Shown piece after piece: positions 1-9,544 of a stretch of DNA of 39,027 bases. The notes under the pieces are model-generated. The model had not been told where the DNA came from. It saw only the letters and a program-made list of their open reading frames with translations, and searched no databases. The position numbers and the translations under genes were made by a program. The DNA is from a virus (Duplodnaviria > Heunggongvirae > Uroviricota > Caudoviricetes). The stretch's first letter is position 1; each line of letters begins with the position of its first letter. The stretch is from IMG/VR virus record IMGVR_UViG_2531839663_000007, one strand, 5' to 3'.

Positions 1-1053
1 TTACGGGGTAATGCCAACCGCTGCCGCCACTTTGTCGCCACTTGGCAGCGTTGCCAGAGGATTGAAACGGAGCGCCGTTTCCAGATGATCCGGTGCCAGA
101 TGTGCGTAACGCATAGTCATTTTTATATCGTGGTGTCCGAGAATTTTTTGTAAGGCCAGAATGTTTCCACCCGACATCATGAAGTGCGCCGCAAACGTAT
201 GGCGCAGAACGTGTGTGAGTTGACCGCGAGGGAGCACGATAGACGTTTTTTCCATCACGGATAAAAATTGAAAATAGCAGTCTGTGAAGAAATTGAACCC
301 ATCAAGCGCCATGATCTCTTCGTAAAGCTCTTTACTGATAGGGATGCTTCTGTTTTTCTTCCCCTTCGTTCTTACAAAGGTAATTCGGTATTTGGTCACC
401 TGTGAACGAGTAAGATTTACGGCTTCTCGCCAGCGTGCGCCTGTGCTTAAGCATATCTTAACTACCAGTGCCAGAATTGGGTCCTGACGTTTGCAATCAG
501 CCAGTAATTCAACAATCTGCTCATGGGTAAGCCATGCCATCTCTTTTTCTGCGATGGTGAATTTTCGCATGTTCTCCAGTGGGTTCGGATACGACCATTC
601 GCCCAGGCGGGATAGTTCGCTAAAAACACTACTTAGATAGCTTTGCTCCAGGTTAATGGTGACCGGGCTTGCTCCTTTCTTCCATTTCTCGCTGAAGTAG
701 ATCTCACCTGTCAGGCGTTTATCTCGATAGTGGGCAAACATTTTAGAGGTTAGATCAGTTGCAAGGGGATTGCCCAGAGCGTCAACCATCAGCAGCAATT
801 TGTCATAGACATGCTGCCCAGCTGTCAGTGATTTACCATGTAGTTTGAACCATAGCTCAACCACGTCTTTCAGTGTTCGACGATCCACTGATTCACCTAG
901 CCAGGGCTTTGCTTCGGTTTCTTCCATCGTGTGACGCTCAAAAGCCAGTGCTTCGCCTTTGGTGGCGAATTGTTTACGCACACGACGTCCACTACGTCCG
1001 GCGGGGTAACATTCGCAAAGCCATTTTCCTGTGGTGAGTTTTCGTACTGCCAT
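1..1053 (-). CDS. int: Tyrosine integrase (P2/186 Int family), 350 aa
   Basis: Full-length ORF; C-terminal region with HxxR and H..Y catalytic-type residues (LTHVLRHTFAAHF, MRYAHL); sits at prophage end next to repressor. Confidence 0.9.
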   Translation of the reverse strand: MAVRKLTTGKWLCECYPAGRSGRRVRKQFATKGEALAFERHTMEETEAKPWLGESVDRRTLKDVVELWFKLHGKSLTAGQHVYDKLLLMVDALGNPLATDLTSKMFAHYRDKRLTGEIYFSEKWKKGASPVTINLEQSYLSSVFSELSRLGEWSYPNPLENMRKFTIAEKEMAWLTHEQIVELLADCKRQDPILALVVKICLSTGARWREAVNLTRSQVTKYRITFVRTKGKKNRSIPISKELYEEIMALDGFNFFTDCYFQFLSVMEKTSIVLPRGQLTHVLRHTFAAHFMMSGGNILALQKILGHHDIKMTMRYAHLAPDHLETALRFNPLATLPSGDKVAAAVGITP

Positions 1054-1136
1054 AAAAAAGCCCTCATATCAGAGGGCTAAATTTAACTGTATATACAACC
1101 AGTAATCAATGTGTGATTGCTATGAAACATACATTG

Positions 1137-2813
1137 CTAAGCAACATGTAGTTCATCGTTGGCGGAAGTGGCTGCTTTGCGTTCCTGCTCAATAGCTAGT
1201 GACTCTCTATATTCTTTCGCCTCTGCAAACATTGTCCAGTGGGCATTGATGTTCATATCTTCAATAACCGATTTAATTTCTTTAATATTTACGTTAAAAA
1301 ACTCTTTTCGTGAGTTAATTTTATTGACCTGCTTTTCGTTGAAGACTTTATGCAGATGATTTTCTAATGACGGTGCATCATCACTATAAATCATCGCATG
1401 AACATCGAACGAAAAAGGAACACTAGCATCCCCAAGTTCACGAACACGATCAAGTGGTTCAAGGCGGCGTGTCATTCCAATTTTATATACATCTTCGCCA
1501 AATGAGCCAATATTGCTAATTATATAAACATGGCCTGATCTAGTTTGTTGAGCCATAGAAATAGCTCGTTGGTTTTTAGCTTCAGCTTCTTCATATTTTA
1601 ACTGTAGTTCAGCTATTTTTTGCTCTAAAGCTAAGCGTTGTTCTTCATTTGCAAGCATAAGCTCTTTCGTTGCTTTATTTATAGCTTGCTGAATAGCTTT
1701 CTCTTCTTTTTCGGCTTCTTTTATCGCTTTTTCATACTCTCTACGAGCTCTTTCCTCTTCACGAAGCTGTTCTTTAATCCTTCTTTGCTCCTCTTTTTCT
1801 TCGAGCATAATTTCATTAACTGCTACACCCCATTTTAGCTCGTTGAGTCTTGCCTGAAGATAGATGTCACTTATTTTTGCGGACCTAAAGGCAGAGCCAT
1901 TGTAATTTACTAGTTGAAATGCATCTTTTATTTCTTGGGAAAGTTTTCCAAAATTGTTGTGTTTGACTTTTGATAAAATACTGTCAACTCTTCCATTGAA
2001 GGCATCCAAAACAAAGTTTATGGCAGTATTACGCCTGTTTTGCTCAACATAATCACACGAAGCAGCTTTATTAGTTTTTATTAATGATTTGGTTAACTCT
2101 CTGGCTTTTTGTAATTCCTTGCCTGCATCTGTAAATTCATAATTTTCTGCCAGCTCATCAAGTACACTACGGTTAGGGATGATCCATTCATCACCATAAC
2201 CTTCAATTTTATTTTTCATTGATTTTGCAACTGCTTCATATTTTTCTGCAAACTCTTTAGCTTCATATGCTGAACCAGCAATCTCCTTTGCTCTTTCTTC
2301 TGCATCAGAAATAATTTTTACTGCATTGTCATTAGCATTTGAGATTAGCTCATTTGCTTTATTATTAGCATTATCAAGACGTTCTTTGGCTTTCAGGCGT
2401 GCATCGCGAGCGTCTTTGGTGATTGCTATAGCTTCGCTATTAGCGTTGCTTATTGTCATCTGAGCTTGATAATTTGCTTCGTTTACTGTTTTAGCCGCCT
2501 TAATTTGGGCTTCATCTATTTTTTGCTTGGCTATTGAGTCCGCATTTTTTATCTTATTCTCTGCATCCATTACTGCGCTGTGCAATTCTTCGTATTGCCA
2601 CAATGGTGCTGCTCGCCCTTCAAGCTCTGATAATTCTCGTACGGTCTGTGCTAGTTTTTCTTGATTTTCAATCAGTTGGTTAGAAAGGGCTATGTTGTTA
2701 GCGGTCAGGTTATCTATAGCCGCTTTGTGTTTTTTACTTTGTTTAAATAATATTACAGCTAGAACAGGGGCGAGAAATGCTAATAAGAGTATAACGATGG
2801 CAAATGAATTCAT
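1137..2813 (-). CDS. Membrane-anchored coiled-coil protein with C-terminal T5orf172/MUG113 (GIY-YIG-like) domain, DUF4041-type architecture, 558 aa
   Basis: N-terminal hydrophobic helix (FAIVILLLAFLAPVLAVILF), long Ala/Lys/Glu-rich coiled-coil, C-terminal motif GHVYIISN..VYKIGMTRRLEPLDRVRELGDASVPFSFDVHAMIYSDDAPSLENHLH; AAGGA RBS; visibly AT-rich versus flanks. Confidence 0.75.
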   Translation of the reverse strand: MNSFAIVILLLAFLAPVLAVILFKQSKKHKAAIDNLTANNIALSNQLIENQEKLAQTVRELSELEGRAAPLWQYEELHSAVMDAENKIKNADSIAKQKIDEAQIKAAKTVNEANYQAQMTISNANSEAIAITKDARDARLKAKERLDNANNKANELISNANDNAVKIISDAEERAKEIAGSAYEAKEFAEKYEAVAKSMKNKIEGYGDEWIIPNRSVLDELAENYEFTDAGKELQKARELTKSLIKTNKAASCDYVEQNRRNTAINFVLDAFNGRVDSILSKVKHNNFGKLSQEIKDAFQLVNYNGSAFRSAKISDIYLQARLNELKWGVAVNEIMLEEKEEQRRIKEQLREEERARREYEKAIKEAEKEEKAIQQAINKATKELMLANEEQRLALEQKIAELQLKYEEAEAKNQRAISMAQQTRSGHVYIISNIGSFGEDVYKIGMTRRLEPLDRVRELGDASVPFSFDVHAMIYSDDAPSLENHLHKVFNEKQVNKINSRKEFFNVNIKEIKSVIEDMNINAHWTMFAEAKEYRESLAIEQERKAATSANDELHVA

Positions 2814-2833
2814 TTTAAAATCCTTTTACTATA

Positions 2834-3430
2834 TTAATTCGAGACTATTGTACTTCTTATACAAGCAACCACTTCAATATCAGAAAATGCACATTCAAAG
2901 CTATTCTCTGCTGTTGTAATTTTAATCATTCCTTTAGGAAGCCTTGTGATTTTTCGAATGGAATAGGTTCCGTCGATATTGATTAACCAGTTTCCATCAA
3001 GTACTTCAGAAAATTTTTGATCACAAATGTATGTGACGAGTCCATCCTGAACAACAATTGGTGATGAAAGGTTTGCAGGAAGAAATGATGAATCGAAGAC
3101 ATATGAACCGTCTTCAATCATTTTGCCTGCGGCAAGGCGAAACTTAACAAGCTCTTCTGTAGCTGCTGTCAGCGAGCTTTGCTTAAGGCCTTGTCCGGTA
3201 GTTAACCATTTGAGGGAGGTTCCTGTTTCAAGAGCACATTGGATTATCCAGTCAGCAGGAAATGTATCCCGCAAATACCTGTTCGCTAGTGTGCTTTTTG
3301 ATACTTCCAAGTGATCAGCTAAAGCCTGTCGTGTCGTAAAGCCATAGGCTTCGACTAATCGCTCAATCGCAGCCTTACCACCTTTATTGGGATTTATTTT
3401 GATCTCACTTGGGTACTTTGATGTTGACAT
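2834..3430 (-). CDS. cI: CI-like immunity repressor (186 CI-type), 198 aa
   Basis: Recalled similarity to 186 CI (AYGF..NRY.R, ALETG..L.WL.TG, EC..D C-terminal region); position between int and divergent apl/cII. Confidence 0.8.
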   Translation of the reverse strand: MSTSKYPSEIKINPNKGGKAAIERLVEAYGFTTRQALADHLEVSKSTLANRYLRDTFPADWIIQCALETGTSLKWLTTGQGLKQSSLTAATEELVKFRLAAGKMIEDGSYVFDSSFLPANLSSPIVVQDGLVTYICDQKFSEVLDGNWLINIDGTYSIRKITRLPKGMIKITTAENSFECAFSDIEVVACIRSTIVSN

Positions 3431-3464
3431 ATCTCTTTTGCGATCCTAGTATCAGTTTTGTACC

Positions 3465-3480
3465 CAATTGGGTACTTGTC
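3465..3480. promoter_or_regulatory. Perfect 16-bp palindrome GTACCCAATTGGGTAC in the cI/apl divergent control region (candidate operator)
   Basis: Palindrome read directly between cI start (3430) and apl start (3526); partial copy TTGGGTAC near 3407-3414. Confidence 0.45.
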
Positions 3481-3525
3481 ACGATTACTACAGGCTCACC
3501 ACAAGCCAATAGGAGATGTTGCATC

Positions 3526-3747
3526 ATGACCCCTAACATTTCAATAACTCTGAATACGCCACACGTCACAATCGAGCGTTATAGCGAACTTACTGGTCTT
3601 TCAATCGACACAATCAACGATATGTTGGCGGATGGTCGCATTCCTCGGCATCGTCTTCGTAAAGACAAGAAAAGAGAAAAGGTAATGATCAACCTTGCTG
3701 CTCTTACCGTTGATGCACTTACTGATTGCAATGTTGTATTCAACTAG
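3526..3747 (+). CDS. apl: Apl/Cox-like excisionase and transcriptional regulator, 73 aa
   Basis: Small basic protein transcribed divergently from cI; AGGAG RBS 10 nt upstream of ATG at 3526; position as in 186. Confidence 0.65.
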   Translation: MTPNISITLNTPHVTIERYSELTGLSIDTINDMLADGRIPRHRLRKDKKREKVMINLAALTVDALTDCNVVFN

Positions 3748-3779
3748 TTCCATTTTGGGATACATCAGAGGTGTCGACC

Positions 3780-4289
3780 ATGTTTGATTACCAAGTTTCC
3801 AAACATCCACATTTTGATGAAGCCTGTCGTGCATTCGCACTGCGCCACAATCTGGTGCAACTGGCAGAACGTGCGGGCATGAATGTGCAGATTCTGCGGA
3901 ACAAGCTGAACCCAGCTCAACCTCATTTATTAACCGCACCAGAAATCTGGCTGCTTACCGATCTGACTGAAGATTCAACGTTGGTAGATGGTTTTCTGGC
4001 ACAGATTCATTGTCTGCCATGTGTACCGATTAATGAGGTAGCAAAAGAGAAACTGCCGCATTACGTCATGAGCGCAACTGCAGAGATCGGGCGTGTTGCA
4101 GCAGGTGCGGTATCTGGTGATGTAAAAACTAGTGCCGGTCGTCGTGATGCTATCAGCAGCATTAACTCTGTAACACGACTGATGGCGCTGGCTGCTGTTT
4201 CATTGCAAGCCCGTTTACAGGCTAATCCTGCGATGGCGAGTGCAGTTGATACCATGACTGGCCTTGGTGCTTCATTCGGTTTGCTGTGA
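3780..4289 (+). CDS. cII: CII-like lysogeny establishment regulator, 169 aa
   Basis: Size and position match 186 CII (169 aa); GAGGTG RBS; internal ATG chosen within the track ORF 3726-4289. Confidence 0.6.
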   Translation: MFDYQVSKHPHFDEACRAFALRHNLVQLAERAGMNVQILRNKLNPAQPHLLTAPEIWLLTDLTEDSTLVDGFLAQIHCLPCVPINEVAKEKLPHYVMSATAEIGRVAAGAVSGDVKTSAGRRDAISSINSVTRLMALAAVSLQARLQANPAMASAVDTMTGLGASFGLL

Positions 4290-4296
4290 GGTGTTT

Positions 4297-4593
4297 ATGC
4301 TGACGAAAGAACCATCATTTGCATCGCTGCTGGTAAAACAAAGCCCGGCAATGCACTACGGTCACGGCTGGATCACGGGTGAGGATGGAAAACGCTGGCA
4401 TCCATGTCATTCACAAGATGAATTGCTGTCTGAATTGACCACGAGGAAACGGAGAAAGTCCAAATGTATGCGGCAGAAAGTGAAGTGGTTTATCAGTTTC
4501 GTTACAGAGGGGAGAGTTATTCAGTACCTGAAGATGATTTGCTCTGTTGCTATCCGTCATTGTCGGGCGATGGCAGTTACTTTTTCACGTTAA
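4297..4593 (+). CDS. Hypothetical early-region protein, 98 aa
   Basis: ORF with GAGGTG RBS right after cII; overlaps the next ORF in another frame. Confidence 0.35.
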   Translation: MLTKEPSFASLLVKQSPAMHYGHGWITGEDGKRWHPCHSQDELLSELTTRKRRKSKCMRQKVKWFISFVTEGRVIQYLKMICSVAIRHCRAMAVTFSR

Positions 4594-4688
4594 AGGATGG
4601 GACGTTTTTACGGGGAGAGCAGGTTAAAGAGACGATACGAAAAAATGTATCTCCTCTTGAGCGTTACCGTAAGAACAAAGAACGATAG
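4464..4688 (+). CDS. Hypothetical early-region protein, 74 aa
   Basis: ORF with GGAG RBS about 9 nt upstream; overlaps 4297-4593. Confidence 0.4.
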   Translation: MYAAESEVVYQFRYRGESYSVPEDDLLCCYPSLSGDGSYFFTLKDGTFLRGEQVKETIRKNVSPLERYRKNKER

Positions 4689-4710
4689 CTGCGTTTGGGG
4701 GATATGAAGT

Positions 4711-5052
4711 ATGGCAATTAATGGCGCTGCAGCAACTGTTCCATTAAGCCCCGGTGAACGCCTGAATGGACTTAATCACATTGCGGAGTTAAGGTCGAAA
4801 GTTTTTGGCCTGAATATTGAGTCAGAGCTTGAGCGGTTTATTAAAGATATGCGTGATCCACGGGATATCAATAATGAACAAAATAAACGGGCACTGGCTG
4901 CCATATTCTTTATGGCAAAAATTCCAGCTGAACGTCATAGCATCAGCATTAATGAGCTGACCACTGACGAAAAGCGGGAGCTGATTAAAGCAATGAATCA
5001 TTTTCGTGCAGTGGTGAGCTTATTTCCCAGACGGCTAACCATGCCGAATTAA
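4711..5052 (+). CDS. Hypothetical early-region protein, 113 aa
   Basis: ORF in co-directional early operon. Confidence 0.5.
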   Translation: MAINGAAATVPLSPGERLNGLNHIAELRSKVFGLNIESELERFIKDMRDPRDINNEQNKRALAAIFFMAKIPAERHSISINELTTDEKRELIKAMNHFRAVVSLFPRRLTMPN

Positions 5053-5119
5053 CCAACTAATGAAATTAATGGCGTAAACCCGCCGGGCATCCCTTTATCT
5101 AAATTCAGGAGAATTGATT

Positions 5120-5353
5120 ATGCGTAATATTGAAACCCTCACGACTAAAACCGGACCGGATGACGCAGGGCTTAATATTTTACTGACAGAGGCTCGTCTG
5201 GAAGAACGCCGGGCAAGGGCTGAAGCAATGGCTGCTCGCCTTGATAGCCTGGCGTGTCATATCTCATCCCGCCAGCTAAACCACGTGGAAGCGGCAGAAC
5301 TGCTGCGCGTGACTGCTGAAGCAATCCAGAACGAAGCGCAGGAGATCCACTAA
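5120..5353 (+). CDS. Hypothetical early-region protein, 77 aa
   Basis: AGGAG RBS upstream; stop overlaps next start (TAATG). Confidence 0.5.
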   Translation: MRNIETLTTKTGPDDAGLNILLTEARLEERRARAEAMAARLDSLACHISSRQLNHVEAAELLRVTAEAIQNEAQEIH

Positions 5354-5580
5354 TGGCTGATGCAATGGATCTCGTACAGCAGCGCGTTGAAGAAGAACGC
5401 CAGCGCCATATCCGTGCAGCCCGTGCCAAATCACCGGGCGTGTCACGCGTACTTTGCATTGAATGTGAAGCGCCAATTCCGCCAGCACGACGCCGCGCCA
5501 TTCCGGGAGTGCAGCTTTGCATTACCTGTCAGGAAATCGCAGAACTGAAAGGCAAACATTACAACGGAGGTGCTGTATGA
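5353..5580 (+). CDS. TraR/DksA-family C4 zinc-finger protein, 75 aa
   Basis: CxxC..CxxC pattern (CIECEAPIP...CITCQE) typical of TraR/DksA; coupled to neighbours. Confidence 0.7.
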   Translation: MADAMDLVQQRVEEERQRHIRAARAKSPGVSRVLCIECEAPIPPARRRAIPGVQLCITCQEIAELKGKHYNGGAV

Positions 5581-6434
5581 GCACCATCCTGAAATGGGCG
5601 GGAAATAAAACCGCCATTATGCCAGAACTGAAAAAATACCTTCCTGCTGGCCCGCGACTGGTTGAACCTTTCGCGGGTTCCTGTGCTGTGATGATGGAAA
5701 CGGATTATCCCAGCTATCTGGTTGCGGATATTAATCCTGATTTAATCAACCTCTATAAAAAGGTTGCCGCTGATTGTGAATCGTTTATATCTCGCGCCAG
5801 AGTTTTATTTGAGATCGCAAACAGGGAGGTGGCTTATTACAACATAAGGCAGGAGTTTAACTGCTCAACTGAAATTACTGATTTCATGAAAGCGGTATAT
5901 TTCCTGTATCTCAATCGTCACGGTTACCGTGGTTTATGTCGCTATAACAAGAGCGGGCATTTCAACATTCCCTACGGTAATTATAAAAATCCGTATTTCC
6001 CTGAAAAAGAACTTCGCACATTTGCAGAAAAAGCCCAGCGAGCGACGTTTATCTGCGCCAGCTTTGATGAAACGCTGGCGATGTTGAAGGCGGGAGATGT
6101 GGTGTATTGCGATCCGCCATATGACGGTAAGTTTTCCGGCTATCACACTGATGGTTTCACTGAAGATGACCAGTATCACCTGGCATCCGTTCTTGAACAT
6201 CGGTCATCAGAAGGACATCCGGTCATTGTTTCTAACAGTGACACATCCCTGATCCGTTCGCTGTATCGCAATTTTACTCACCACTATATCAAGGTAAAAC
6301 GCAGCATCGGTGTGGCAGCTGGCGAGGGTAAATCAGCAACAGAAATCATTGCTGTTTCCGGGCCGCGCTGCTGGATGGGATTTGATTATTCGCGTGGCGT
6401 GGATAGTTCTGCCGTGTACGGAGTACGTGCATGA
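5577..6434 (+). CDS. dam: DNA N6-adenine methyltransferase (Dam-like, D12 class), 285 aa
   Basis: N-terminal LKWAGNK and FAGS motifs, catalytic DPPY (VYCDPPYDG); ATGA overlaps at both ends. Confidence 0.85.
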   Translation: MSTILKWAGNKTAIMPELKKYLPAGPRLVEPFAGSCAVMMETDYPSYLVADINPDLINLYKKVAADCESFISRARVLFEIANREVAYYNIRQEFNCSTEITDFMKAVYFLYLNRHGYRGLCRYNKSGHFNIPYGNYKNPYFPEKELRTFAEKAQRATFICASFDETLAMLKAGDVVYCDPPYDGKFSGYHTDGFTEDDQYHLASVLEHRSSEGHPVIVSNSDTSLIRSLYRNFTHHYIKVKRSIGVAAGEGKSATEIIAVSGPRCWMGFDYSRGVDSSAVYGVRA

Positions 6435-8845
6435 GTCATGCCGATATGAACAACTGCTGCGGCTTTAACGAGGCTGCCGCAGCATTCTCATGGAACAGCC
6501 CGAAAAAGGCCATTAACCCTTATCTGGACCCGGCGGAAGTTGCGCCGGTTTCTACGCTTTCAAACCTGATCACTCTGTACGCTGCCGATAACGAGCAGGA
6601 ACAGTTGCGCCGCGAGGCACTGAGTGATCAGGTCTGGGAGCGTTATTTCTTTAATGAATCACGTGATCCTGTCCAGCGCGAAATGGAGCAGGATAAGCTC
6701 ATTAGCCGGGCAAAGCTGGCGCATGAGCAGCAGCGTTTTAATTCAGACATGGTCATTCTGGCGGACGTCAACGCCCAGCCTTCCCATATCAGCAAGCCGC
6801 TGATGCAACGTATTGAATACTTCAGCAGCCTGGGCAGGCCAAAGGCTTATTCCCGCTATTTACGTGAGACGATTAAGCCATGTCTGGAACGACTGGAGCA
6901 TGTACGCGACAGTCAGCTATCTGCATCTTTTCGCTTTATGGCAAGCCATGAAGGGCTGGACGGCCTGCTGATCCTGCCTGAAATGAGTCAGGATCAGGTG
7001 AAACGCCTGTCCACCCTGGTAGCTGCGCATATGAGTATGTGCCTTGATGCAGCTTGTGGTGATTTGTATGCCACCGATGACGTTAAGCCAGAAGAAATCC
7101 GCAAGACATGGGAAAAGGTGGCAGCGGAAACCCTGCGTCTGGATGTCATCCCACCTGCGTTTGAGCAACTCCGTCGGAAAAGAAACCGCCGTAAACCCGT
7201 GCCCTATGAACTCATTCCGGGTTCGCTGGCGCGTATGTTGTGCGCCGACTGGTGGTATCGGAAATTATGGAAGATGCGTTGCGAATGGCGGGAAGAGCAG
7301 TTGCGCGCTGTTTGCCTGGTCAGCAAAAAAGCATCTCCTTATGTCAGCTATGAAGCCGTGATGCATAAACGTGAGCAGCGTCGTAAGTCGCTGGAGTTTT
7401 TCCGTTCTCATGAACTGGTGAACGAAGACGGCGACACGCTGGACATGGAGGATGTGGTAAACGCCAGCAGCAGCAACCCTGCGCATCGCCGCAATGAGAT
7501 GATGGCCTGTGTTAAAGGTCTGGAGCTTATCGCGGAAATGCGCGGTGACTGCGCCGTTTTCTACACTATCACCTGTCCGTCGCGTTTCCATTCCACGCTA
7601 AATAACGGCAGACCAAACCCGACCTGGACAAACGCGACGGTAAGACAAAGCAGCGATTATCTGGTCGGTATGTTTGCTGCATTTCGTAAGGCGATGCACA
7701 AAGCCGGGTTGCGCTGGTATGGCGTGCGGGTGGCTGAGCCGCATCATGATGGCACAGTTCACTGGCACCTGTTGTGTTTCATGCGCAAAAAAGACCGCCG
7801 TGCCATCACTGCATTACTGCGTAAGTTTGCCATCCGTGAAGACCGCGAGGAGCTGGGCAATAACACTGGGCCGCGCTTTAAGTCTGAGTTGATTAACCCG
7901 CGCAAAGGAACGCCGACAAGCTACATCGCGAAATATATCAGTAAGAACATTGACGGTCGTGGTCTGGCTGGCGAGATCAGCAAGGAAACGGGTAAATCTC
8001 TGCGTGATAACGCTGAATACGTGAATGCCTGGGCGTCTCTGCATCGTGTTCAGCAATTCCGCTTCTTTGGTATTCCGGGGCGTCAGGCTTACCGTGAACT
8101 TCGCTTGCTGGCTGGTCAGGCGGCAAGGCAACAGGGTGACAAAAAAGCAGGTGCGCCGGTACTGGATAACCCGCGTCTTGATGCCATTCTGGCTGCTGCT
8201 GATGCTGGTTGTTTTGCCACCTACATCATGAAGCAGGGCGGCGTACTGGTTCCCCGTAAATATCACCTCATCAGAACCGCTTATGAAATCAACGAAGAGC
8301 CGACCGTCTATGGCGATCACGGCATTCGTATTTATGGCATCTGGTCACCCATTGCAGAGGGCAAGATCTGCACTCATGCAGTGAAGTGGAAAATGGTTCG
8401 TAAAGCCGTTGACGTTCAGGAGGCGGCAGCCGACCAGGGCGCTTGCGCCCCTTGGACTCGTGGCAATAACTGTCCCCTTGCTGAAAATTTGAACCAACAG
8501 GAGAAAGATAAATCAGCTGATGGGGACCCCAGAACGGACATTACCCGCATGGATGACAAGGTGTTGCACGATTACCTGCACAGTATGAACAAAAAGGAGC
8601 GCCGGGAATTGGCTGCAAGGTTACGTCTGGTGAAACCGAAACGGCGTAGAGACTACAAACAGCGAATTACAGACCATCAACGACAGCAGCTCGTCTATGA
8701 ACTGAAATCCAGAGGATTTGATGGCAGCGAGAAAGAGGTCGATTTACTCCTTCGCGGCGGCAGTATTCCGTCAGGAGCAGGCCTGCGTATCTTCTATCGG
8801 AACCAGCGTTTGCAGGAAGATGATAAGTGGCGGAACCTGTATTAA
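6431..8845 (+). CDS. A: Replication initiation endonuclease (P2 gpA-like rolling-circle initiator), 804 aa
   Basis: Large protein after early operon with HUH-type motif (VHWHLL) and [10 protein letters not shown]-like region; position as in P2/186. Confidence 0.85.
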   Translation: MSHADMNNCCGFNEAAAAFSWNSPKKAINPYLDPAEVAPVSTLSNLITLYAADNEQEQLRREALSDQVWERYFFNESRDPVQREMEQDKLISRAKLAHEQQRFNSDMVILADVNAQPSHISKPLMQRIEYFSSLGRPKAYSRYLRETIKPCLERLEHVRDSQLSASFRFMASHEGLDGLLILPEMSQDQVKRLSTLVAAHMSMCLDAACGDLYATDDVKPEEIRKTWEKVAAETLRLDVIPPAFEQLRRKRNRRKPVPYELIPGSLARMLCADWWYRKLWKMRCEWREEQLRAVCLVSKKASPYVSYEAVMHKREQRRKSLEFFRSHELVNEDGDTLDMEDVVNASSSNPAHRRNEMMACVKGLELIAEMRGDCAVFYTITCPSRFHSTLNNGRPNPTWTNATVRQSSDYLVGMFAAFRKAMHKAGLRWYGVRVAEPHHDGTVHWHLLCFMRKKDRRAITALLRKFAIREDREELGNNTGPRFKSELINPRKGTPTSYIAKYISKNIDGRGLAGEISKETGKSLRDNAEYVNAWASLHRVQQFRFFGIPGRQAYRELRLLAGQAARQQGDKKAGAPVLDNPRLDAILAAADAGCFATYIMKQGGVLVPRKYHLIRTAYEINEEPTVYGDHGIRIYGIWSPIAEGKICTHAVKWKMVRKAVDVQEAAADQGACAPWTRGNNCPLAENLNQQEKDKSADGDPRTDITRMDDKVLHDYLHSMNKKERRELAARLRLVKPKRRRDYKQRITDHQRQQLVYELKSRGFDGSEKEVDLLLRGGSIPSGAGLRIFYRNQRLQEDDKWRNLY

Positions 8846-8937
8846 TTACGCTGGTTAACAATTCGTGCTCTTAATAATACCAGGCATATCAGGCTGATAA
8901 GCGTAAAAAAACGTTTTACATCAGTAAGATTATTATA

Positions 8938-8957
8938 TACTGTAAATATAAACAGTG
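8938..8957. promoter_or_regulatory. LexA (SOS) box TACTGTAAATATAAACAGTG
   Basis: CTGT-N8-ACAG with AT-rich spacer, about 40 bp upstream of ATG 8999; adjacent half-site ending ACAG at 8967-8970. Confidence 0.55.
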
Positions 8958-8998
8958 GTTATACATACAGTATTGCGTGTGGTGTCATAGGAGGAAAG

Positions 8999-9187
8999 AT
9001 GCAGGACTATTTTTTGGAGTCTTTGAAGCTCCAGCGCATTGATTTTTTTCTTAAGCTTGTAGCGGCTAGTGAGTGTAGTGATGAAGAGAAGGGGCTGGCT
9101 CTGCAGTGGGTTTCTGAATTGACTGATGAACTCATGGCAAAAATCAGAAGCCACGAATACAACCGCTCAATGGATGTCATCAACTGA
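8999..9187 (+). CDS. Small SOS-regulated protein, possibly the N-terminal part of a Tum-like antirepressor, 62 aa
   Basis: Strong RBS GGAGGAAAG; downstream of LexA box; followed by DinI-like ORF as in 186 tum. Confidence 0.5.
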   Translation: MQDYFLESLKLQRIDFFLKLVAASECSDEEKGLALQWVSELTDELMAKIRSHEYNRSMDVIN

Positions 9188-9197
9188 GGTAACTTTT

Positions 9198-9431
9198 ATG
9201 CGCATTGAAATAATGATCGATAAAGAGCAGAAGATTAGCCAGTCTACCCTGGACGCCCTTGAATCCGAGCTTTACCGCAATCTGCGCCCCCTGTATCCCA
9301 AAACGGTAATCCGTATCCGTAAAGGTAGCTCTAACGGTGTGGAACTGACCGGACTGCAACTGGACGAAGAAAGAAAACAAGTGATGAAAATTATGCAGAA
9401 GGTGTGGGAAGACGACAGCTGGCTGCATTGA
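9198..9431 (+). CDS. DinI-family protein, 77 aa
   Basis: MRIEIMIDKEQ...VWEDDSWL resembles E. coli DinI (MRIEVTIAK...TWESADDWF); GAGGT RBS. Confidence 0.7.
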   Translation: MRIEIMIDKEQKISQSTLDALESELYRNLRPLYPKTVIRIRKGSSNGVELTGLQLDEERKQVMKIMQKVWEDDSWLH

Positions 9432-9485
9432 TTTTGTCAATAGACGCTTGTTTTTACTAATCAAAAAGGGTTACATATGAGTGAG

Positions 9486-9518
9486 AGGCGATGTCAATCA
9501 GATATCGCCTTGTTTTTT
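9486..9518 (+). terminator. Rho-independent terminator after the DinI-like gene
   Basis: Stem AGGCGAT/ATCGCCT with 11-nt loop followed by TGTTTTTT. Confidence 0.6.
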
Positions 9519-9544
9519 GTCAAGAAAAGAATAATAGGCTAAAA

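Noticed and set aside
5172-5548. Minus-strand and alternate-frame ORFs (116, 70 and 62 aa) overlapping the TraR-like gene and neighbours
   Set aside because: Overlap better-supported, translationally coupled plus-strand genes; Arg-rich low-complexity products.
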